Source of the DNA: an uncultured Trueperaceae bacterium | GTDB lineage: Bacteria > Deinococcota > Deinococci > Deinococcales > Trueperaceae | Assembly (NCBI GenBank): GCA_963799485.1 | Contig: CAWCXJ010000005.1 | Span: 132,309-196,308 of the forward strand | Length of the DNA: 64,000 nt | Direction of reading: 5' to 3' | Shown here: positions 18,272 to 26,020 of the stretch, piece after piece | How the letters are laid out: each line of letters starts with the position of its first letter | Position numbering within the stretch: position 1 is the stretch's first letter | Made by a program: the position numbers and the translations under genes | The notes under the pieces: generated by a model | Databases searched by the model: none | Told to the model about the DNA's origin: nothing | What the model saw: only the letters and a program-made list of their open reading frames with translations

Positions 18272-19126
18272 TTGATCGCCGTTATCGCCGACATCCACGC
18301 GAATATTCAGGCTTTAGAAGCCGTCTTAGCAGATATCGCCGAGGTGGGTGCGGGCGAGATTGTCGTCAACGGCGACCTGGTAAACCGTGGGCCGAACAAC
18401 GCCGCCGTCGTCGAGCGTATCTTCAACCTCGGCAACGTCAGCGCCGTTACCTTGGGCAACCACGACGACCTGATGTGCAAGTGGATCGACCACGACCCCG
18501 ATATTCCCGCGCTCTGGTTTGAAGACGCCTTCTGGTACGGGATGGCGTGGCCCGCAGCGCAGCTCGCTCAAAAGGGCGCTTTGGAACCCTTACGGACGCT
18601 CCCGATGACCTACCGGGACGCCAGGCCGGGGCTGCCCCGGCTGCTCTTTTCACACGGTTCCCCGCGTCACTACCGTGAGGGCTACGCGAGTTACTTGGAC
18701 GACAGTGTATTGGGGGAAATCGTCGCACACTATCCCGCCGATATCCTCATCGGGTCGCATACCCACCGGCCTTACGAGCATCGTTATGGTGAGCACCTTA
18801 TCTTAAATACCGGCGCAGTCGGAACACCCTTTAACGGCGACCCGCGCGCGCAGTATCTGCTACTCCACCCGAAAAACAGGTTCTGGCACCCTGAATTTAG
18901 AGCGGTACCTTACGACCGCACGGCGGCTCTCGGCGCGTTCGAAACGTCGGGCTACTTGGAGGCAGGGGGCCTAAGTGCCCGTATTTTTTACGAAGAGTTG
19001 CGGCTGGCGCGGCCCCTGTATATGAACTTTTGGGAGTGGACGGAGACGCAGGAGCGGCCCAAAGACTGGGAGAGCTGGGACGTTTTCAAGGAGCGCTACG
19101 CCGAGCGGTTTCAAGGGGTCGTCTAG
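18272..19126 (+). CDS. Metallophosphoesterase family protein
   Basis: Calcineurin-like motifs: IADIHAN, GDLVNRGP, GNHD, GSHTH. Confidence 0.8.
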   Translation: MIAVIADIHANIQALEAVLADIAEVGAGEIVVNGDLVNRGPNNAAVVERIFNLGNVSAVTLGNHDDLMCKWIDHDPDIPALWFEDAFWYGMAWPAAQLAQKGALEPLRTLPMTYRDARPGLPRLLFSHGSPRHYREGYASYLDDSVLGEIVAHYPADILIGSHTHRPYEHRYGEHLILNTGAVGTPFNGDPRAQYLLLHPKNRFWHPEFRAVPYDRTAALGAFETSGYLEAGGLSARIFYEELRLARPLYMNFWEWTETQERPKDWESWDVFKERYAERFQGVV

Positions 19127-19160
19127 CTTGCCCGCACCTTTAATGACATGCACCAACGAC

Positions 19161-19189
19161 AAACGCCGAACCTAAACCGTCCGGCGTTT
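19161..19189. terminator. Hairpin between convergent phosphoesterase and ferredoxin genes
   Basis: aaacgccg-N13-cggcgttt, an 8-bp perfect stem. Confidence 0.45.
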
Positions 19190-19204
19190 ACAAATTGGTT
19201 TGGT

Positions 19205-19441
19205 CTAGACGCCCGACAAATCGTAATTTTTCTGAATAAACGACTCCCATTCGCTCGGTACGTCTTCTTCGGGAAAGATGGCGTTGACCGGGCAGGCCGG
19301 GACGCACGCGCCGCAGTCGATACACTCGTCGGGGTGGATATAGAACTGGTCGGCGGCTTCGTAGATGCACTCGACGGGACACACATCGACGCACGACTGA
19401 TCTTTGACGCCGATGCACGGTTCGGTGATGATATGGGGCAC
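19205..19441 (-). CDS. fdxA: Ferredoxin (7Fe type, 3Fe-4S plus 4Fe-4S)
   Basis: 78 aa; ITEPCIGVKDQSCVDVCPVECIY...CIDCGACVPACPVNAI, the classic Thermus/Azotobacter-type cysteine pattern. Confidence 0.9.
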   Translation of the reverse strand: MPHIITEPCIGVKDQSCVDVCPVECIYEAADQFYIHPDECIDCGACVPACPVNAIFPEEDVPSEWESFIQKNYDLSGV

Positions 19442-19523
19442 GGTTTTCCTCCTAAATTAAGTAGCGACGCTTCTCTGGCGAGGGGATGAAAGACTCGAGC
19501 AAAACGCTCGGAAAGATCTTTGT

Positions 19524-20006
19524 TCAGGCGGCGGCAGGCTCCGCGCCTACCCCTTTATTATGCGCGGCACGCGCAGAACGCGCAACCCCTATGAGGAAAA
19601 CAGTGATGAGCGTAAACGCGGTGAGCGCAAGCAACGAAATGGTGATGAAGCCGCGCCAGTTGATGTATTCCTGAGAGCAGGGAACACCTGCGCGGCAGAT
19701 ACTCGGGGGGCGAAACCCCGGTACTTTTTGCTCGAGGTAGTAAAACGTCGAAACACCCATACCCGAGATTGAGAGCGGCAACGCGTAACCGACGATGCTG
19801 CGGTCTTGGCGGCACGAGGCGATCCCCCAAAAAATTACGCGTGGGTACATCAGAATGCGCTGATAACAGCAGAGCGTACACGGAACAAAGAGCCGCGCCT
19901 CGCTAAAATACAAACTTCCGGCAGTTGCGACGATGGCAAGCAGCCACGCCGCGTAAAGTCCAAACCCGTGAAAAAAGCTAGTTGGCCTGCGCGTTTTCGA
20001 CGGCAG
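19524..20006 (-). CDS. bdbC: Disulfide bond formation protein, DsbB/BdbC family; start codon uncertain
   Basis: Signature GSLYFSE-x6-PCTLCCYQRILMYP. The track start (TTG 19913) lies inside TM1. The only in-frame start-like codon upstream of TM1 is CTG at 20004-20006. The frame is continuous with copZ apart from its TAG. Confidence 0.7.
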   Translation of the reverse strand: MPSKTRRPTSFFHGFGLYAAWLLAIVATAGSLYFSEARLFVPCTLCCYQRILMYPRVIFWGIASCRQDRSIVGYALPLSISGMGVSTFYYLEQKVPGFRPPSICRAGVPCSQEYINWRGFITISLLALTAFTLITVFLIGVARSARAAHNKGVGAEPAAA

Positions 20007-20042
20007 CTTGAATGGCGCCGAGCCGAAAACTCTCGAGCCTCT

Positions 20043-20267
20043 CTAGAGCGCGTTTTGTGTATTAAGCGACGCGTTGTAGCCTTCAGCTTCGACCGCTTGT
20101 AACATCGTCTGCACGTCGGCGGCCCCTTCGACAGTCGCCTCACCTGCTTGCAGGTCGACCTGCGCTTTTTCGACGCCGGGGGTACGCTCGAGCGCCTCTC
20201 TGACCGCCTTGACGCAGTGGTCGCAGGTCATGCCCTCGACGTTGAGCCGGGTTTGATAATGAGCCAT
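20043..20267 (-). CDS. copZ: Copper chaperone, heavy-metal-associated domain
   Basis: MAHYQTRLNVEGMTCDHCVKAV (MxCxxC motif); ATG at 20267 preceded by aaaggag; stop TAG at 20043-20045. Confidence 0.85.
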   Translation of the reverse strand: MAHYQTRLNVEGMTCDHCVKAVREALERTPGVEKAQVDLQAGEATVEGAADVQTMLQAVEAEGYNASLNTQNAL

Positions 20268-20702
20268 TGCTATCTCCTTTGTATTGCCTGTATTGCCCAA
20301 ATTCTAGCTTGAGGGCACAGGCCCGTCAACGGTGCACGTTACGGTTCACGTGGTTTTTACGGGATTTTCCCGCGCTACTGACGCTTCTATCTCCAGGTAA
20401 AGTGCCACAGGTCAAGCGTAAAACCGCAAACGGACGCCTTCAGCTGATACGGAAAGCTGTGCAGCACGTCCTTTCCCGAATCGGTACAACAGGGTTTTAC
20501 AGACCGTTTTACCCCGCAAAAAGGTTTGTGTAGAGGCTCGAGCGTACCGGGTGTGACCGGCATTTCGCCAACCGAGGTGGTTTTGCTTGAAATGTAAGCT
20601 AGGGCGCTAGACAGCTAAAAAAGGCGGGCGTAGCGTACCGGGGGGTAAAGGCTCGGGACTAGGGGCCGACTACGCTCAAAAACCTGATTCTGAGGGGGGA
20701 TT

Positions 20703-21545
20703 ATGGAATTTGCAGGTGGGTTCGTTCCGGTTGCAGGTCAAGTCGGGTTGTTGTCGATGGTGGCCTACTACTGCATCTTCGCGGCGGTGTTCGCCTTGGG
20801 CGCGGCCTTTGTGTTCTTTCTGGCGGCTGAAAAGCGCGTTGCCCCTGAACACCGTTCGGAAATGATCTTATCCGCGCTTATCGTCGGGGTGGCAGCGGTT
20901 TCGTACTACCTGATACGTGGTTTTTTCCAAGACGCGCTGCGCAGTGTCGCCAACGCGCAAGACCCGGCGGCGCAGCGACGGCTTATCCAGAACGCGTACC
21001 TCGCTGTCGGTCAGTACCGCTACGTAGACTGGCTGATCACGACGCCGCTACTTTTGCTTAAAACCGTCTTGGTTTTAGAGGCCAAACCGCGCAAACTGTG
21101 GGGGGCGCTGACGATCTTGCTCCTCGCCGACGTGTTTATGGTCGTTACCGGTTACATCGGTGAGCAGCAGTTCTCCGCCAACGGTAGCGTAGACGTTCAG
21201 GGACGACTCTTCTGGGGTTTTATCGCGACGATCGGCTACGTCATCATCCCCATCACCCTGCTCTACATCTACCGGCGGTTCAAAGCGGGCGCGCATCCTT
21301 GGGAGCGCCGGGCGTTTAAGATTTTGGCGTTTGCGACCGTTACGACCTGGGGCGTTTACCCGCTCGGCTACCTCGTCCCGGCGCTCTGGCCGCAACTGTC
21401 TTACAACTGGATCAACATCGTGTTTAGTATCGCAGATGTGCTTAACAAAGTTGGCGCAGGCGTCGTAATCTATATCGGCGCAGCGAGGGTTCTAGAAGAC
21501 CGGGTACCCAAAGACGCGACCCGGCAGGCTCGAGAGGTCGCCTAA
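20703..21545 (+). CDS. Microbial (type 1) rhodopsin
   Basis: Seven hydrophobic helices. Helix C is RYVDWLITTPLLLLK, helix F is WGVYPLGY, and helix G is SIADVLNKVG (Asp-x3-Lys retinal Schiff-base lysine). RBS gagggggg precedes the ATG. Confidence 0.9.
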   Translation: MEFAGGFVPVAGQVGLLSMVAYYCIFAAVFALGAAFVFFLAAEKRVAPEHRSEMILSALIVGVAAVSYYLIRGFFQDALRSVANAQDPAAQRRLIQNAYLAVGQYRYVDWLITTPLLLLKTVLVLEAKPRKLWGALTILLLADVFMVVTGYIGEQQFSANGSVDVQGRLFWGFIATIGYVIIPITLLYIYRRFKAGAHPWERRAFKILAFATVTTWGVYPLGYLVPALWPQLSYNWINIVFSIADVLNKVGAGVVIYIGAARVLEDRVPKDATRQAREVA

Positions 21546-21617
21546 AAAGCCTACGGTCTCCTGCTTGCTGTGGATTAAGTTTCAGTAGAAGTCCCAAACC
21601 GGTGTGCAGAGATTATC

Positions 21618-21667
21618 GCAGACAAAACCCGCAGTACGTACGACTGCGGGTTTTGTCTGCCGCTTTT
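21618..21667 (+). terminator. Strong hairpin terminator after the rhodopsin gene
   Basis: Perfect 18-bp stem gcagacaaaacccgcagt / actgcgggttttgtctgc with loop acgtacg, followed by cgcttttc. Confidence 0.7.
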
Positions 21668-22390
21668 CTAATCGCTGGATTCATCCAAAAACTGTTGCAG
21701 CTTGGCTTTGTCGACTGCAATCGGCGCGCGGCGGCGGCGCACTGCGCCGTACTCCAAAAGCCGCGCCAAACAGTGCGAAACGGTCTCACGCGTCGCGCCG
21801 ATCATCTTCGACAGGTCTTGCTGCGTCAAGTTGAGGTCGATAATTGTGCCGCGGTCGCCCTCTTTACCGAAATCGTGCGCGAGGCGCAAGAGCAAGTTGG
21901 CTAAGCGTCCGGGGGCGTCGAACGCCCCGACCTCGGCAAAACGCGTTTGGGCTTGCCAGAGGTTGGTGGACATCACCTGGATAAACTTCATGGCGATTTT
22001 AGGTTGCTGGGTAATGAGGCGCTGAAAATCGTCTTCGGGCAAGACGATAAGGGTCGTGTCCATCACGGCTTCGGCCTGGTTCGGGCGGCGTTCGGACGGG
22101 AGCAGCAGCAGCTCACCGAAGGCGTCGTATTTGCCGAACAGCGCCAGGATCATCTCTTTGCCGTTGGGAAAATACATCGAGATTTTGACCATGCCTTCGC
22201 GGATAAAGTAGAGCGCGTCGGCGGGGTCTTCCATGTGGTAGATCACCTCTCCGGCCTTAAAGCGTTTGTAGGGGGTGATGCGCGAGAGGCTCTCGAGTTC
22301 TTCTTCGGAGAGGTCTTCGAACAGTTGGGTGTTCTTCAGGTGCCACACGAGGCTGGGATACTCTTGCATCATGAAGTCAGTGTAACGCAC
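21668..22390 (-). CDS. CRP/FNR family transcriptional regulator
   Basis: cNMP-binding-type domain (FKAGEVIYHMEDPADALYFIREGMVKIS...FGELLLL) and C-terminal HTH (TQQDLSKMIGATRETVSHCLARL). Confidence 0.85.
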   Translation of the reverse strand: MRYTDFMMQEYPSLVWHLKNTQLFEDLSEEELESLSRITPYKRFKAGEVIYHMEDPADALYFIREGMVKISMYFPNGKEMILALFGKYDAFGELLLLPSERRPNQAEAVMDTTLIVLPEDDFQRLITQQPKIAMKFIQVMSTNLWQAQTRFAEVGAFDAPGRLANLLLRLAHDFGKEGDRGTIIDLNLTQQDLSKMIGATRETVSHCLARLLEYGAVRRRRAPIAVDKAKLQQFLDESSD

Positions 22391-22482
22391 CGCCTGTTTA
22401 TTCTCTTCACATTCCTCACGTGACGAATCTTACTTCTAGGTGTGCAGCGTTAAAGCACGTCCAACACCCGACAAAGCGGCTT

Positions 22483-22833
22483 TCATGGTTCATCCTCAGC
22501 GCTCAGCTGCGCGCCGCACGCGTCCCACTCGTCGGCGCTGCCCGCTTCACGGTAAAAGGGCAACCCCCGCAGATAGCCCGAGCGGGCGATCATATAGGCT
22601 GACAGCGGCGCGGTCAAAAAGAAAAAAGCAGTGATGAGGACGATTCTCGAGACCGCCAGTGGCGTCCCGAAACGGAGCGCCGCCGCGATAAAAATCCCTA
22701 TCCCGCCGAGTGTAACGAGCTTGGTCGAGGCGTGCAACCGGGTGTAAAAGTCGGGAAAACGGAACACACCGATAGCGGCTGCCAAGATAAAAAAGCTGCC
22801 GAAGAGCAAGAACAGGTCGCTGACGAGCTTCAT
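22483..22833 (-). CDS. mnhG: Na+/H+ antiporter subunit G
   Basis: MKLVSDLFLLFGSFFILAAAIGVFRFPDFYTRLHASTK is typical of MnhG. I chose the ATG at 22833, which overlaps the mnhF stop (ATGA). The track start at 23013 overlaps mnhF. Confidence 0.85.
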   Translation of the reverse strand: MKLVSDLFLLFGSFFILAAAIGVFRFPDFYTRLHASTKLVTLGGIGIFIAAALRFGTPLAVSRIVLITAFFFLTAPLSAYMIARSGYLRGLPFYREAGSADEWDACGAQLSAEDEP

Positions 22834-23087
22834 TTGAGTACCTGGCGTAAAAGCAAATAACGGGTCAGCGCCACCGTTGTCAAAAAACCCAGGATCGACA
22901 CGAGCAGCGCTACGTCGAGAAAGCTCTCGAACCCGGTGCGAATAGCCAAAACGACGATCAGAACGGCCAGGTTGACGGTTAAAAAATCGAAGGCGGTAAC
23001 GCGGTCGCCCCACGACGGCCCCCGGACGACACGGTAGACGGCGAGTGCCACGGCAATAAGAAGACAGACAAGTGCGACGGTGGTCAT
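22830..23087 (-). CDS. mnhF: Na+/H+ antiporter subunit F
   Basis: 85 aa, three TM segments; operon position between the E and G subunits. Confidence 0.8.
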   Translation of the reverse strand: MTTVALVCLLIAVALAVYRVVRGPSWGDRVTAFDFLTVNLAVLIVVLAIRTGFESFLDVALLVSILGFLTTVALTRYLLLRQVLK

Positions 23088-23100
23088 CTAGCTTCCCTTC

Positions 23101-23565
23101 TCACTTCATAAACCCCAAAATGCGTGTTTCCATCTTTGTCACGCTCTCCCGCGCCTCGTCTACGTCCTTGATGTTGATGGCGTGGGCGTAGAGCAGCTTG
23201 CGGTCGGCCGAGACGCCCATCGCTACCGTTCCCGGCAAAAGCGTGATGGTCGCGCTCAGGAGCGAAATCGCGGCGTCGCTACGCAACCTGAGCGGTACGG
23301 CGATGATGTGCGGATAAAAGACCGGACGGCGGCGCAGTGCGAGGAGCGCAATCAGGATATTTGCCAGCAGCAGCTCCCAGAAAAACGCGCCCAGATAACG
23401 GATAAACGCCCCCAAACGACGCGCAAACGACTCGCCGCCGCCCCGCAACACACTCAACAAAAGTGCCGCCAGCAGGCCACCGACGATTAAATTATAGGCG
23501 GTCAGCTCACCGACCAGAATAGGCCACAAAAGTGCAAAGAGAAACAAGATGAAGACTTGACTCAC
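23101..23565 (-). CDS. mnhE: Na+/H+ antiporter subunit E
   Basis: 154 aa with MnhE-like N-terminal TMs; its start overlaps the mnhD stop. Confidence 0.8.
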   Translation of the reverse strand: MSQVFILFLFALLWPILVGELTAYNLIVGGLLAALLLSVLRGGGESFARRLGAFIRYLGAFFWELLLANILIALLALRRRPVFYPHIIAVPLRLRSDAAISLLSATITLLPGTVAMGVSADRKLLYAHAINIKDVDEARESVTKMETRILGFMK

Positions 23566-25109
23566 GGCACCCGCTCCGGTGCTGTCTCCTGTGCTGCTTT
23601 TACTGTTTCTTGCGGCAGAACCCTCGAGATATAAGCCTCAGGCGTTCTCAGCTGCGCCGCAACCCGCTCGGAAAGCGCGTAAACCGGGCCACTCGCCACA
23701 GCGAGCAGTACGAGCAGCGAACCCGCGACCGCCGTAATCCGCCACATTCCTGTGGGCAACGCGACTTTATGAACGGCGTCCTCGTCCCCCCAGAAAAAGC
23801 CGCGCCAGACGGCGATACCGGCGTAAAGGAGGAGTAACCCGGCGGCAACGGCGACCGTTGCCACGCCGATGCGGAGTGCGCCGCCGGTTTCTAAAAGCGC
23901 CTGAATCAGGGCGAACTTGCCGATAAACCCGCTTGTCGGCGGGAGGCCGGCAAGGGCCAACGCCGCGACAAAATAGACCGCCCCTAAGAGCGGGTACGCG
24001 CCCAGGTGCCCCTCGGTGTGGTCGCCGAAGCGTTCCCCGGCGATGAGTTCAGCAAGTCCGGCGAGCAAAAAGAGGGTAAAAATCACCAGCACCGAATGGA
24101 CGAGGTAGTAGAGCGTCGGGGCCAGTGCGCCGCTCCCGATCCCCATCACCAGATACCCGACCGAGGCGATGTTGGCAAACGCCAGCAGGTGCCGCCAGCG
24201 GCGCTGCGCCACCGCGCCGAGCGCGCCGAACAAGATGGTCAGTCCGGCGAGCAGCAGGAGCGTGTTGCGTAAACCCGTCTCTGCGGGTGTCAGCAGCGTA
24301 AAAAGCCGCAAAAGCGCGTAAACCCCGACTTTGGTCAGCATGGCCCCGAAAAACGCCCCGACTGCACCCGGTACCACCGGGTAGCTGTACGGCAACCAGA
24401 ACCCGAACGGGAAGGTGGCAGCTTTGGTGGCGAAGACGAGCGCTAACAGGGCGGCGACGAGCGTCACGCGGGTGTCGCCGGTGACACCCTGCAAACGCAA
24501 CGCGATATCGGCAAAATTGAGCGTGCCGAAAAGGCCGTAGGCCAACCCCGCCGCGGCCACGAAGATGGCCGAGGCCACGAGGTTGACGACCACGTACTTA
24601 AAGCCTTCGCGGAGTTGCGGCAAGGTGCCGCCGATCAGCAGCAGGCCATACGAGGCGATGAGCATCACCTCGAACGAGACGAACAGGTTAAAGAGGTCGC
24701 CGGTTAGAAACGACATGTTGACGCCCATAAACAAAAATTGTAACAGGGCCAGGGTGCCCAGCTTTTCGCGGAGGCCGTTAAGCAGCGGCGACGCACCCCG
24801 GCGCGGCGCGCGCTTTAGGCTCGAGCCCGCATAAACTGTACTTAAAAGCCCGGTCACCCCCGAAAGCAGCAGCATAATCCCGGTGAGACCGTCGGCAACC
24901 AGGGTAATCCCGTAAGGCGCGGGCCAGCCGCCGAGCTGCGTGACGAGAATCTCACCGGAGAAGCTGAGAACGGCGAGCCAAAGAGACGCGAGCAGCGTCA
25001 GTAACGAGACGATAGCTGAAGCTAAGGCCCTAGCCTGCGGCGTCCTGAGCAGGAGCAGCAGTGCACCCCCGAAAAGGGGCAGCAGTACGGGTAGCGTCAG
25101 GGCGATCAT
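23562..25109 (-). CDS. mnhD: Na+/H+ antiporter subunit D (NuoN/NuoM-like)
   Basis: 515 aa polytopic protein of the proton-conducting membrane transporter family. Confidence 0.88.
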   Translation of the reverse strand: MIALTLPVLLPLFGGALLLLLRTPQARALASAIVSLLTLLASLWLAVLSFSGEILVTQLGGWPAPYGITLVADGLTGIMLLLSGVTGLLSTVYAGSSLKRAPRRGASPLLNGLREKLGTLALLQFLFMGVNMSFLTGDLFNLFVSFEVMLIASYGLLLIGGTLPQLREGFKYVVVNLVASAIFVAAAGLAYGLFGTLNFADIALRLQGVTGDTRVTLVAALLALVFATKAATFPFGFWLPYSYPVVPGAVGAFFGAMLTKVGVYALLRLFTLLTPAETGLRNTLLLLAGLTILFGALGAVAQRRWRHLLAFANIASVGYLVMGIGSGALAPTLYYLVHSVLVIFTLFLLAGLAELIAGERFGDHTEGHLGAYPLLGAVYFVAALALAGLPPTSGFIGKFALIQALLETGGALRIGVATVAVAAGLLLLYAGIAVWRGFFWGDEDAVHKVALPTGMWRITAVAGSLLVLLAVASGPVYALSERVAAQLRTPEAYISRVLPQETVKAAQETAPERVP

Positions 25110-25130
25110 AACGGTATTTTCATAATATTT

Positions 25131-25547
25131 TCATGCGCGTGAGTGCCGCGCGCCCTGAGTTTCCGGCGAGACCGACGGGTGTTCGGGATCGGCGTAAATA
25201 CGTTGCGGCGTCGCCGGGTCGGGTTTTTCTAAAAGCTCTTGTACGTGGTCGGTACCGGTCGCCTGAAACGCGCGCATGGCGAGCACCAAAAGGAGGGAGG
25301 TGGTACCGAACCCAATGACGATGGCGGTCAGGATGAGCGCTTGCGGGAGCGGATCGACGTAGGGGCCTTTGAGATTTGTCAGCGGCGGGTCGCTGAGTCT
25401 GCCGCCGGCAACCAGCAAGATCGACAAGTTTGCACCGTAGGCGATCATCGACAACCCGATGATCAGGCGGATCATCGCCCGTGACAAGACCAGGAACACG
25501 CCGGTACCAACCAAAAGTGCTGCGAGTAGCGGCAAAAGCAGCTCCAT
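25131..25547 (-). CDS. mnhC: Na+/H+ antiporter subunit C (NuoK-like)
   Basis: 138 aa, three TMs; MELLLPLLAALLVGTGVFLVLSR...GANLSILL. Confidence 0.85.
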   Translation of the reverse strand: MELLLPLLAALLVGTGVFLVLSRAMIRLIIGLSMIAYGANLSILLVAGGRLSDPPLTNLKGPYVDPLPQALILTAIVIGFGTTSLLLVLAMRAFQATGTDHVQELLEKPDPATPQRIYADPEHPSVSPETQGARHSRA

Positions 25548-26020
25548 CAGTCCTCCTGCGCGTCGAGCGGCGCGAGCGTCGTATCGGTATCTTCGGCTAA
25601 AAGTTCGATGATGGTCAAAGTCGTGCCGACCACGACCAAAAAGACCCCGGCGTCAAAGAGCACCGCCGTCGCCCACTCGAACTCACCGATCAGCGGCCAC
25701 GTCAGGTAGCCGTAAGCGGACTTCAAAAAGGCTTGTCCGAAGACGAGCGGCACGACGCCGGTGAGGAGCGCTAGCAGCAGCCCCCACGGTAAGAGGCGTT
25801 GCGGCGGCAGGTTCAAAAAGGGCCGGTCGAACACGATTCGCGACAAAAGCGCGGCGACCGCGACGATGAGCCCGGCGATAAACCCGCCCCCCGGCGCGTT
25901 GTGACCCCGCCAAAAGAGGTAAAAGCCTAGAAAAACCAGCACGAACACGACAGGTCGAGCGAAGGTTTGAAAAAACAGCTCGAGCCCGCGTTTATCGTGT
26001 TTATCAGTCATGTTCATCAC
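25547..26020 (-). CDS. mnhB: Na+/H+ antiporter subunit B
   Basis: 157 aa; the GHNAPGGGFIAG motif is typical of MnhB; overlaps the mnhA end. Confidence 0.85.
   Translation of the reverse strand: MMNMTDKHDKRGLELFFQTFARPVVFVLVFLGFYLFWRGHNAPGGGFIAGLIVAVAALLSRIVFDRPFLNLPPQRLLPWGLLLALLTGVVPLVFGQAFLKSAYGYLTWPLIGEFEWATAVLFDAGVFLVVVGTTLTIIELLAEDTDTTLAPLDAQED

Noticed and set aside
20330-20355. CACGTG-containing motifs upstream of the rhodopsin gene (cacgttacggttcacgtg) and TCACGTGA upstream of the CRP/FNR gene (22418-22425) as a shared operator.
   Set aside because: The arms are only 5-8 bp. CACGTG is expected by chance several times in 64 kb of this composition. The two sites do not share flanking sequence.
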